Assembly: GCA_900128565.1 (NCBI GenBank)
Contig: LT635914.1
Location: 1-64,000 of the forward strand
DNA: 64,000 nucleotides
Reading direction: 5' to 3'
From: Stramenopiles sp. TOSAG23-6
Taxonomy: Eukaryota
The position numbers and the translations under genes are program-made. The notes under the pieces were generated by a model. It was not told the DNA's origin. It saw only the letters and a program-made list of their open reading frames with translations, and did not search any database. Positions 54,288 through 64,000 of the stretch are shown here, piece by piece. Within the stretch, counting starts at the first letter, position 1, and each line of letters starts with the position of its first letter.

Positions 54288-57200
54288 TTATTTTTTATTA
54301 TTCTGGAATTCAATAAATACTAAATTTAATGCTTCATTTACGAGGCGCGTGTCGATACTTTCGTCAGATAACTGGTCAAATACTTGAACACAGTGCTCTG
54401 GCAAGATGGAAAACTCCAATCTCAATGCTTCACTTGAGCAACATTGAAGGAAATGTGACATAATTACATTCACTGCGGCAGTAGCTACTTCCAGGAGGCG
54501 ATACTGCGATGTACACGGAAGGTCTTCAAAACTTAAATTAGAAAAATCAAAACTTTTTCCTCCGACAATTACTTTGTTTGAAGTGTAAGTACCGTCAAAT
54601 TTTAGAAAAAGCTTACGATGATTTTCGTGAATTTTTGACGCAATAGAAGTAATGTAAAAATCCCGCAATTCCCAGAATGTCAATTTTAAACGAGACTGAG
54701 CATCAATGATAAATCTGTTGTAAATCATTCCTTTTTGTTGGAATAAATCTATAATATCCAAAGAATCTCTTTTTTCTTGGTTGTCTTCATTATCTTCCGA
54801 TCTGGATAAATTTGCAATCAAATATGAATTATTTTCACGCTTCCATTTAGCCCTTGACCTTATTTTTTTTTCTAATACCGCCCAACCTATACTTCTCTTT
54901 CTTCCTTTTCTAGCCTTTTTATTTTGTTTGGGTGATTTTGAATCGCTGCAACTGATTATAGAACCAAATTTATCTACGACCTTTCCCCACCGCTGGTATA
55001 AAATGTTCATTGTAAATATTCGATTGATTTGTCCTAAACCAGCCAGTGGTTCGTATATTTGCATTATATAAATATTACCTGTGTCATCTCCACAAGTCAA
55101 AGTTTTGTTGTCAGAAGAAACAAATATTGCAGTAATACAAACATAAAACTTATATTCACAGTACCTATACCCAGTAANGGGGCACCATAACATCATTCGT
55201 TGATCATAACCTCCAGATACAAGAAACATGAGATTTGGTGAAAATGCTAGCGTCGATATTGCCGCAGAATGTCCAGCAAATGCACCAGGCAGTGTCGAGA
55301 TTTCTGGTTTTCTAGCCAAACTTAGGGTATTCCANACTGCAATGTTAGAAATATCATCACCAATTGCAATTAAATTTCCATCTGCTGCAATGCACATGGC
55401 GCTTAATCTACCTCGAAGTTTTGGGTGATTGGAAGCATTCCAATTTGGTGTTGCATTACGTAAAGATAGTGAACTATTTTCAAGATCCACGCAATGTGTG
55501 TTCACCACCCCCACATCATTCATTACTACTAAGTAACTTCCATCTTCACCACTATTAGTGGAAAGCACGAATGAAGAAATAGGACCAAACTTCAAATTTA
55601 CATTATACAGTTTTTNAGGATTTGACCATGCGTTAGTTTTGCTACCAGATCCCCAAATTGCAATGAGTGAGTTTTTATCCCCCGAAATAAGACGGTCTTC
55701 ATTCACAACTAAGCATGTTATACCTGTGTTGTGTGCGGCCATTGTGCTTAATTCGGATGCTAGTAAGGATGCATGTGGTTGCTTCTTTNTCTTGCTTTGA
55801 ATGGCCGTGGAAAATTTCCACGCAACAATTTTTGAATCAACGTCATCACCGCCTGAGAAAAGTATTATTTCGCCACNCTTTTGGGGTGATGCAAATGCAA
55901 TTGATAAGACTGAATCTATATGCCCTTTGAGTTTACATGCTAATTGATTCAATTGTATATCCCATAAATGTAACGATAAGTCTAGTGAACCACACGCAAC
56001 GTACCGAGAATCATGACTTACTTTACAGCACATAACCCNATTAGAATGTTTGTGGGTTTTCCCATTCAGCATCAACCGTTTATCTGAAGAAGAACCTAAC
56101 TGCATTCCTGTATGGAGAAATAACCGCACAGTAGTGTCGTGGCTACAACTGGTGATGGTCCCATCATGGAGGAAATCACAACCGCTTACTGCATCATTAT
56201 GTCCACTAATAGATCGAATTACTTTGCATTTCTTAATATCCCAGAGCAAAATACTATTATCTAGCCCGCATGTAATAAGTTCTCCTTCTTTTTCATCNTT
56301 AAACGCCGCGCTTAATAAGCCACGTGAATGACCCTTATCTTCTCGTAGTACACAAATACAACCACCGTTATTTGGGTTCTTACCTAGGAACATATTACCT
56401 GTTGTACTCCACAGCATGGCACATCCGTCTAACGAAGTAGTGCAAAACACGTCGTTGCTTTGNTGCCAAGTCAATGACGTCACTCTGTCCAAATGGTGTG
56501 CTGTATATTTTATTTCGATGACAATTTTGCTCCCGGAAATATNATCAGTATCAAATAAAATGATATTGCCAGTGATATTACCAACAGCACACTTATCGCC
56601 AAATGGGGAAAAATCAACCGCAGTAAACTGACTTAATTCATACGCTGCAGACCACGAAGTTACTTGCTCNGAGGATTTCTTGCAATTCCAGAATCTTATT
56701 GCGGAGTCGGAAGATACTGATACAATCCAAAGTCCATTATATGTCAATGAAATATCTGAAACNGAGGAAGAGCTATGACCCCCNTCAATACGGGAAGTTA
56801 GTTCATACTCTGGGCTNTTCCAAATAAGAATATCCCCAGCTCTATCACCTGAAGCTATGCACTCTCTGCACCACGAAACACTTGTTATCCCAGAAGTGTG
56901 ACCTTCTAAGCTTTTATCTACTGTCATTGTTTCATCTATAGTTATTATTTGTAGATTTGCATTCTCAAATCCGATTAAAGCTTGAGCTTTATTCGGAGAC
57001 ATACACATTACATTCATTCTCATATCAGCATAAACATGNTTAGCGTCTTTTCGTTCAGTATCTTTGCATAGAAGTTTCTGTTGAATCAGTATGGGACAGG
57101 CGCCAAATGTGTCAATATTTGATTCCAATGTACTTGTACAAAAGTCCGCCGCAATGGATGAGATACCCTGACTNCCCAAAGCTTGCTGGAAAATCTTTGT

Positions 57201-60200
57201 AGGAGATGAATTCAGTTCTATTGATCGCTCTCTGAGAAAGAAAAAATGCTCTGTAATAGATTTTGTGAACATTGTAGTGAAACGCTTTAACGTATTATCA
57301 ATACTAATTTCAGGGAAGCGTAGCATTTTTGGAATTGCTGATTTCACTGGCTTAGAATTTTCGTTTCCCTTTGAGGTTAAATACTTTTGAATGCCTTGGA
57401 CAATTTCCCCTCTTCGAGATCGTAGACAATCTGGTAGAATCTTAGTNCTCGTCCCATTCTCANTTGTAATTACATTCTCAGTTAAAGGCTTCAGCTTTTC
57501 AGAATTTATAAAAGATTCACAAATTAAATTCGGCTTGGCTAAGATATTTGGAAGTAAATANTGAAAATGATCAATAAGTTCATACACAGATGCACCATCT
57601 AATACNATATAGGCCTTGAGAAATCTCAAATTGCAAAAGACTGAACATATTTGGAGAAATCCCATTTTCGAGGGATCTTGCAGTTGGCAAAGATAAAATG
57701 GATACACCTGAAGGGCATATGGATTTGGCTTACGGAAAGAATAATCACAATATGGATCCGAAACACTTCTGCACCATTGTACCAGAGCACTAACATAAAT
57801 GTCACGATTAGCCGAACCTGGACCTCCCAAGTATTTCGCTTCTATAATCTGTGATATTCTTTCATGNTGTATACACAACATGTTTGGATACGGACTCAGT
57901 TCTACAAGTTGTAGAAAACCTCGCATACTTGAAATTAGTGCATCAAGCAACCCTTTTTTAGTATATGATTGCTTCCGANTAGTTTCTACTATCTTCAAGA
58001 TGTTAGGAATATCACACGTAAAAATACCAAAAAGCGATAAGTGAATTAATGAGAATAAATTGCAAGTAACGTCATATCCGAATGTTTCTTCAAAATGTGT
58101 TATAACACAATTAATTATTCCGTCCAAACTGTTCGGAAAAGATTTGCGTGAAACCCCTAAGTCTTCAGAAAAGAAAATATATGTTGCAATTTCCAGATAT
58201 AGAGGTGTAATTGTGATGTTTTGAAATTCTGTGTTGGACANCATATCAATCAATGAGATAAGTGTATTATCTATATTTCTATGNAATAAAGATTTGCTGG
58301 CAATATTCGATCTTCTGATNAAAGATTTTACCACTAGAGTACTAAATTTTATCAAGGTCTTGCCAGATGGTAGTAAATGTTTGATGTCAAATACNGCAGT
58401 TTCTGGTTTTCCTTTCGGTAATTTCCCCATAGGCATGGTGATCATAATCATAATATGGCCATTGTTTCGAAAGCGATAAGGTATCCAGTCAAATTCTTCA
58501 GACTTGTACGGAACACTTAACTTATGAGCATCATCAATGCATATCAATAATTGAAGGTTATCTCTTTCAGCTTTAAGNGCAACTTTATCAAGCAAATTAA
58601 AAAAATACGGCCGGAGGCTGGAGTATTCTCCTGGGATTCTAGTATTGACACAAATTTCAAAACGTGNTTGAAGTTCAAAACACAAACGGAATAGCATACG
58701 TCTACAATCATAACTATTAGGTGATGCACCAACAAAATGAGATAAAGAAATTACACTATTGCGCTCCTTTTCTTTACAAACTTTAGGACATACATGAGCT
58801 ATCTTCGCACATAGTGTTGTCACGCCAATACCGGCAAGATTAAGGGGCCTTTCCCACACTAAAGGTTTTCCGTGTTCACCTGCTGTCCACAATTCATCCA
58901 TTATTTCATCAACTACTCGGTCATTAAAATCATCACTGAAATATGGTACATATTGAGATGTATATTGTGATACAAGGTGTTGGTGAAGAAAACTTTCTTG
59001 AATTAACAATTTATGCCCTGAAACTTCTAATTTTGATTGTGATGTTTTGACAGAGTCGTAGTTTCCAGGTAAACCATAAGTGCAAGGACTACAATCAAAT
59101 CCAAACTCGTACTGTAAAGCCTCAAATATGTCATCAATTGCTATACTTGCCAATGTATTTAAACTAAGTCTGTCTATACTATTCACCTCATTGAGTGCCC
59201 CTTGTCTACATTCATAAGTATTTCTACAAGATTTAGAAAACTTTTCATCATATGATTTAATATCAATTTCCAAAAGATTTAAATTCNAATTCTCCTTACT
59301 GATTTTTGTATTATTTTTCAATATTCGGTTGTATATGAAACGATGACTTGGAAGTGCTGAACGATTCATTGCTTTTATTGTCATGTGAAAGAGAGATCTC
59401 ACACCGTTAGCACCACACAATTTTGTATCCGGAATCCACCCATATTCTTCACCAATCAACGCAACATAGAATGGTTTACATGTTTTGATACCACGCTGCA
59501 TATTTTCCAACAAATTAAGTGACGTTTCAACGTGAGATCCATCTTTTAGTTGAACANGTATACACAAGTTTTTTTCTTTCAGTCGGCGATTCAATAATGG
59601 GACTACTACATTGTGGAAAACCCAATGTTCTTCTTCAAATCCCTTTCCTACNGATGCCAAATAAATGTATACATTCCGTTGAAATCCATGTGCTCGAAGG
59701 GCAGCCTCTCCTTCACCCCATATCATACAATGATGTGATGCACAGTCCTCTCTATGCATTAATATGAGTTCTCTTTGNTTTGCATTTTTTTGATTGATAG
59801 GTTTTTGTCTCGTCTTCCCTTGTGACATTTGCTTTGAAGAAATATTGGTGTAGTGAGACGACAATCGAATTTCGGTGCAATCATTGTGTATGTGGTGAGC
59901 ATGAAGCGTTTGAATAGGTATAGGCATTTTGATGTTTAAATGTGGCAAATGTACATGCGAGTTAATTTTTATGGGGTATACTTCTTCAACATCTGGAAAC
60001 CTAGAATTATTACTGCGACGTCTAGGTGACAATGAAGTAGATTTTTNTTTTTTATCTCCCNTAAAATATTTTTTNCGAGGTGAACATGATGTCGACGGAC
60101 GCATCCCACGTTGGGCAGAAAAAGCTTTTCTATTGTTANCATAACNTCGAGTTTTTGATTCTAAGTCAAAAGGTATACCAAACGTTGCCAATAGTTTTCT

Positions 60201-61061
60201 TTGCCTCTGATAATTAATATTCCCCGATTTCCCGCTTACTTTCTTCTCTTTTGATAACATTGCAGGGGCTGTAGAAGGACGTATTCTTTGCTTATACTGG
60301 TTGCCAGAGTTGCCGTATTTCGTTTGAGTTCGCATTTCTGATGAACTAGGGTTTCCAGTTGTTCTCAGTCGTTGCAAAGATTTATTGTATCGTNTGAAAT
60401 CTTCTTGTTTCTTTACATGGTATGGAATAGATTTTGAGTCTGATAGCTTCATGCTACTNTCCTTTGCTTTTCTTCCTCGTTGCATNTGCTTTGCCGTTAT
60501 TTGTGTGGCTCCAGGATTCACTGGATCTGGTCGCGGTATTATGTCGGCTGAAGCATTCATTGGTTCCGTATGCTCAAATGTTTTACTAGTATCGAACTCA
60601 CTTATTTTCAGAACTGGNTGCCGATTTTTGCGGATTCGTCTCTTTAGCCAGCTAGCAGAGACATGTTCTGTTCTCTGTCTCTCCATGCGCTCGGCCATTG
60701 CAAGCAATTTATGCATCTCTATATCTTTAGGGTTCATTAGAATACCTTTCTTGGCTGTGGTGATTGCGGCTGGGAACCTCTCCTGGGCAATCTGTTCTTT
60801 GCAAAGTTCTTTGCGACTTTTCTTCTTTCTTATCTTCTTCTTCTTCTTCTTCTCTGGAACTTCTATACGGTTCTGCACATCGTTATCAATTTGAGGAACT
60901 ATTTCATGTTTAGCTGTCTTTGCGTTTTCTACTTCTACAGCCGTAGACTTTTTGNTAGTATGACCAGAACCACGACCAAAGAATGAACCAACAACATCAA
61001 AACCCTCCATCTCTGGCAANTCTTTGGCAAACNCTCGAGGCTCTGAAGCGTTTCCCAACAT
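54288..61061 (-). CDS. TEP1/NWD-like DUF4062-NACHT-WD40 protein (copy 4)
   Basis: Translation identical to the other copies. Confidence 0.8.
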   Translation of the reverse strand: MLGNASEPRXFAKXLPEMEGFDVVGSFFGRGSGHTXKKSTAVEVENAKTAKHEIVPQIDNDVQNRIEVPEKKKKKKIRKKKSRKELCKEQIAQERFPAAITTAKKGILMNPKDIEMHKLLAMAERMERQRTEHVSASWLKRRIRKNRXPVLKISEFDTSKTFEHTEPMNASADIIPRPDPVNPGATQITAKXMQRGRKAKXSSMKLSDSKSIPYHVKKQEDFXRYNKSLQRLRTTGNPSSSEMRTQTKYGNSGNQYKQRIRPSTAPAMLSKEKKVSGKSGNINYQRQRKLLATFGIPFDLESKTRXYXNNRKAFSAQRGMRPSTSCSPXKKYFXGDKKXKSTSLSPRRRSNNSRFPDVEEVYPIKINSHVHLPHLNIKMPIPIQTLHAHHIHNDCTEIRLSSHYTNISSKQMSQGKTRQKPINQKNAXQRELILMHREDCASHHCMIWGEGEAALRAHGFQRNVYIYLAXVGKGFEEEHWVFHNVVVPLLNRRLKEKNLCIXVQLKDGSHVETSLNLLENMQRGIKTCKPFYVALIGEEYGWIPDTKLCGANGVRSLFHMTIKAMNRSALPSHRFIYNRILKNNTKISKENXNLNLLEIDIKSYDEKFSKSCRNTYECRQGALNEVNSIDRLSLNTLASIAIDDIFEALQYEFGFDCSPCTYGLPGNYDSVKTSQSKLEVSGHKLLIQESFLHQHLVSQYTSQYVPYFSDDFNDRVVDEIMDELWTAGEHGKPLVWERPLNLAGIGVTTLCAKIAHVCPKVCKEKERNSVISLSHFVGASPNSYDCRRMLFRLCFELQXRFEICVNTRIPGEYSSLRPYFFNLLDKVXLKAERDNLQLLICIDDAHKLSVPYKSEEFDWIPYRFRNNGHIMIMITMPMGKLPKGKPETXVFDIKHLLPSGKTLIKFSTLVVKSXIRRSNIASKSLXHRNIDNTLISLIDMXSNTEFQNITITPLYLEIATYIFFSEDLGVSRKSFPNSLDGIINCVITHFEETFGYDVTCNLFSLIHLSLFGIFTCDIPNILKIVETXRKQSYTKKGLLDALISSMRGFLQLVELSPYPNMLCIXHERISQIIEAKYLGGPGSANRDIYVSALVQWCRSVSDPYCDYSFRKPNPYALQVYPFYLCQLQDPSKMGFLQICSVFCNLRFLKAYXVLDGASVYELIDHFXYLLPNILAKPNLICESFINSEKLKPLTENVITXENGTXTKILPDCLRSRRGEIVQGIQKYLTSKGNENSKPVKSAIPKMLRFPEISIDNTLKRFTTMFTKSITEHFFFLRERSIELNSSPTKIFQQALXSQGISSIAADFCTSTLESNIDTFGACPILIQQKLLCKDTERKDAXHVYADMRMNVMCMSPNKAQALIGFENANLQIITIDETMTVDKSLEGHTSGITSVSWCRECIASGDRAGDILIWXSPEYELTSRIXGGHSSSXVSDISLTYNGLWIVSVSSDSAIRFWNCKKSXEQVTSWSAAYELSQFTAVDFSPFGDKCAVGNITGNIILFDTDXISGSKIVIEIKYTAHHLDRVTSLTWXQSNDVFCTTSLDGCAMLWSTTGNMFLGKNPNNGGCICVLREDKGHSRGLLSAAFXDEKEGELITCGLDNSILLWDIKKCKVIRSISGHNDAVSGCDFLHDGTITSCSHDTTVRLFLHTGMQLGSSSDKRLMLNGKTHKHSNXVMCCKVSHDSRYVACGSLDLSLHLWDIQLNQLACKLKGHIDSVLSIAFASPQKXGEIILFSGGDDVDSKIVAWKFSTAIQSKXKKQPHASLLASELSTMAAHNTGITCLVVNEDRLISGDKNSLIAIWGSGSKTNAWSNPXKLYNVNLKFGPISSFVLSTNSGEDGSYLVVMNDVGVVNTHCVDLENSSLSLRNATPNWNASNHPKLRGRLSAMCIAADGNLIAIGDDISNIAXWNTLSLARKPEISTLPGAFAGHSAAISTLAFSPNLMFLVSGGYDQRMMLWCPXTGYRYCEYKFYVCITAIFVSSDNKTLTCGDDTGNIYIMQIYEPLAGLGQINRIFTMNILYQRWGKVVDKFGSIISCSDSKSPKQNKKARKGRKRSIGWAVLEKKIRSRAKWKRENNSYLIANLSRSEDNEDNQEKRDSLDIIDLFQQKGMIYNRFIIDAQSRLKLTFWELRDFYITSIASKIHENHRKLFLKFDGTYTSNKVIVGGKSFDFSNLSFEDLPCTSQYRLLEVATAAVNVIMSHFLQCCSSEALRLEFSILPEHCVQVFDQLSDESIDTRLVNEALNLVFIEFQNNKK

Positions 61062-61266
61062 TGTNTAGATGCTCACTTACTGTTGTTGCATTTTCTCTAA
61101 TACTATGTGCGAGTAAAATTTGGACGTATATCGATGAATTGAATCTAAGAAATTTTGATACTAGCTATTAGATACTAATTTCGAGGGTATCAAAAAAGAA
61201 AATAAACGTTAACGTTACAACAACGTATGAAAATATTGGACAGGTTTGTACAATGAAACATGATTT

Positions 61267-64000
61267 TTATTTTTGTTCACTTTCATTAATTTCATTTTGA
61301 AATAATTCCATTTTCTGTTGCATTTGTATTTGATGCTGTTGACTCTGTTGTTCCAAATGTAGTTGTTGTTGTTGTATTTGCATATCTTGTTGTTGCTTCC
61401 GCATCTTTCTAAAATAATCTTTCTTCATCGAAATCATTCGTTCTGAAATTTGCTCAATATCATGTTTTAATTCTTCAACTTGGTGCTTATACATGTCAAG
61501 TTCGTTATCCATTTTTTTCATTTGGTGTCGTTTTTCTTTTAGGTTTTCTTCATATATCGTTAGCTGCTCGGCAACTTCAGGCCCTGGCTGNCTCGCTAGA
61601 ATATTCTTCAATTCAACATATAATCTTTCTTTTTCTTGTATTAATAGGTCTCTTTCTATCACTTCCTGTGTTTTTGACAGTAGTTGCTTTTGCTTTCTTT
61701 GGATTTTTTGAATGAGCCCAAATCGTTTTGGGTCGGTACCNGCAAGTTTTCGCCATCTATGTATATTCATTGGACGTTCTAATTCTGTCGATAAAGCAGT
61801 GATTTTGGCCTTCTCCCTCAAAATCTCTTTTTCAAGACTATATTGCCTAGTTTTCATTGATGATAGATCAAGAACATTACTCTTGAGATAATCAAGACGT
61901 TCTTTTGCAATGACCAATGCATCTTTCAATGCCTCGGCTCTTGCTTGAGTTTGAGAATATTGCCACTCACCTTTGGATAGTGTTGATCTTTGAATCTTAA
62001 TTTTTTCATAAAGTTTAGCCAACTCTTCATTTCGGCGTATAAGTTGCGCACCAAGAATATCCCGTTCATTTACAACAGCTGTGAACTCCTTTGACGACCT
62101 TGCAGTTTCACCGTCAGCTTCCTGAATGATGGCTTTGAGTTTCCGAACTTCATCTTTTTGAGTGCTGAGAATTTGATCGGAGGATAGGATTTGCTTGCGT
62201 ACTCGCGTAATATCATTTCTAAGACGTTTAACATCTTTACAAACCTTGACATGAGCAAAATGTTCTTTTAGAAGATCTTGGTCTTTCGAAGTGATTTCTT
62301 CTTTTTGTTGTTCAATTACTTGAACAAGAATCTTAAATTTACGTTTCATTTCGGCTATTTCTTCATGGGATTCAATAAGTTGCTTCGAGTATAAATTACG
62401 ATCACTCCGGACCCCTTCATACAAATTTTGCTGCTTTTTAATACGACTTTCACCCNCTGCAATCTTTTTCTGTTCTTCAACTACTTGAAGCTCATGCAGG
62501 CGAACATCTTCAAGAGCAGCATAGTATTTTTGATTTACCAAATGGCATTCTTTCTCATATTTGTCTCTCTCAATTTCTAAAGCTTCGATCCTTTCGCGCT
62601 GTTTACGCGCCGAGACCTTAAATAGTTGAATGTATTTTGGAAAAATATTTCAAAAAAAAATTAATTTTTGTTAGGTACAACATTTCGTACGAAAAAAAAA
62701 TTTCGTACAAAAAAAATAAAACATACATATCTCGCCCAACATTTTTTATGGTGTTTTCTGCAACTTTAACTAAATCATGNGTTCCTTTTGTTGCTATTTC
62801 TTCCTTTGTAAGTTTCTTATTCAAGAATGTACGATCTCGCTCATGATCTGCNGCCGCCTTTTTTAATGAATCCGCTAACTTTTTTTCAACTTCAATTGCT
62901 GCTTCNACACCTGACATCTTTGCTCGGAGATCAGCATTTACTTTATCATAGCGAAGCATACGCTGATCAGCTTCTTCGTACCTTTTAACAGTTAACTTCT
63001 TCAGTTTCCGAACTCGGCGAATTTCTTTTTCGATTTCTCTAACTTCTTTTTGTCGTTGTCCGCATTCTTTTAACCGTCTAGCATTTCCTTGCTCAATGAG
63101 ATCATTTGTGTGAATTCTCTCCTCAATATCTTCTTCAACTTTTTTGATTTGCTGAAATAAAGCATCATAGTCTTTGAGGTAAACACCAATTTGGAGTTCT
63201 GCTATTTTTTGTTTTGACTCAAATTTATCATTTAAACTAGTAGATTCATCGATTTTAACTGTTTTGGTTTGGACTATTGCTTGCAAACGTTGGAGTTCAA
63301 CTCGCTGAATTTTTAACTGTTTATCAAAACGATCCTTTTTGTTTTGTGCACTAATAATCTGTGCTTCACATGTTTTTACTTCTCCTTCTAAAGCTTTTGC
63401 CGCAGAGGTCACTTCAGTAAGTTCGTGTTGTTTAATTTCTACATGTATTGGAAAAAATATGACACAAAAAAAAATCGTTAGGTACGGAATTTCGTATGAA
63501 AAAATATAAATTCGAAATTGAAAAAANATAAAACATACATGTTCAGAAAGCCCCGACGTTTTGAATCGAACGTTTGTCAATGCTTGCGTCAATGCTTGCA
63601 ACTCAAGTTGTTTCTGATCACGTTCATCTTCTAAATTAGATAATTCAAGCTTTTGATTCTTTGTCAGGCCAGGACCAACTTCCATCTCGTCCTCTAAATC
63701 AGAAATATTTATAGAAAGTTTATTAATCTCCGCGCGAGCAATATCCTCTGAATCTTGACATTGTTTGATTTCAACTTGAAACTTTTTGATATCTCGCTTA
63801 ACATTATTTGCTCTAAAATCGCTCTCTTCGGTTTGTTTTTTGAGCCCACCAAGTTTCAATATTTTGTCTTCTGTGTCCTTTATCAGTTCGCAAGTTTTTT
63901 TTACTTGTTCAACTTCAGATTTAAATTGTTTCCCAATTTTTTCAAATAACTTTTCAAATTCAGGCTTAAAATTACCCATACCACCTTGAGCTTGTAGCAT
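61267..64000 (-). CDS. CFAP58: CFAP58 (copy 4, 5' end outside the window; introns 63443-63538 and 62630-62726)
   Basis: Translation identical to the other copies. Confidence 0.88.

Larger units (their letters stand above)
51077..64000 (-). repeat. Copy 4 (partial, inverted) of the 17,518-nt unit
   Basis: ORFs equal copy 2 coordinates + 35,036; mirror centre 51076.5. Confidence 0.97.

Noticed and set aside
317-63989. Numerous short (60-170 aa) antisense or alternate-frame ORFs in the ORF track
   Set aside because: Shadows of the real genes, with no recognisable motifs.

Overview
Eukaryotic, AT-rich, gene-dense nuclear DNA from a flagellated protist-like organism (standard genetic code, CFAP58 present, few short introns). 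The window holds only about 17.5 kb of unique sequence. A 17,518-nt unit is repeated in alternating orientation, with spacer-less fold-back centres at 16040/16041, 33558/33559 and 51076/51077 (period 35,036). The copies share even their N positions, so the architecture is most likely an assembly or amplification artefact. The unit encodes a CNBP/GIS2-like zinc-knuckle protein (two canonical GT-AG introns), a multi-EF-hand protein, a low-complexity SAP/HeH-like protein, CFAP58, a TEP1/NWD-like DUF4062-NACHT-WD40 protein, a signal-peptide-bearing protein kinase, and the 5' part of glycyl-tRNA synthetase. The most interesting biology is in CFAP58. Its two introns (96 and 97 nt) are closely similar to each other, have short terminal inverted repeats flanked by an AT duplication (AT|GTAT...ATAC|AT), and best restore the protein if spliced non-canonically (GT-AT, equivalently AT-AC). 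This suggests an Introner-like family of non-canonical introns. The truncated GlyRS intron may be a third member.
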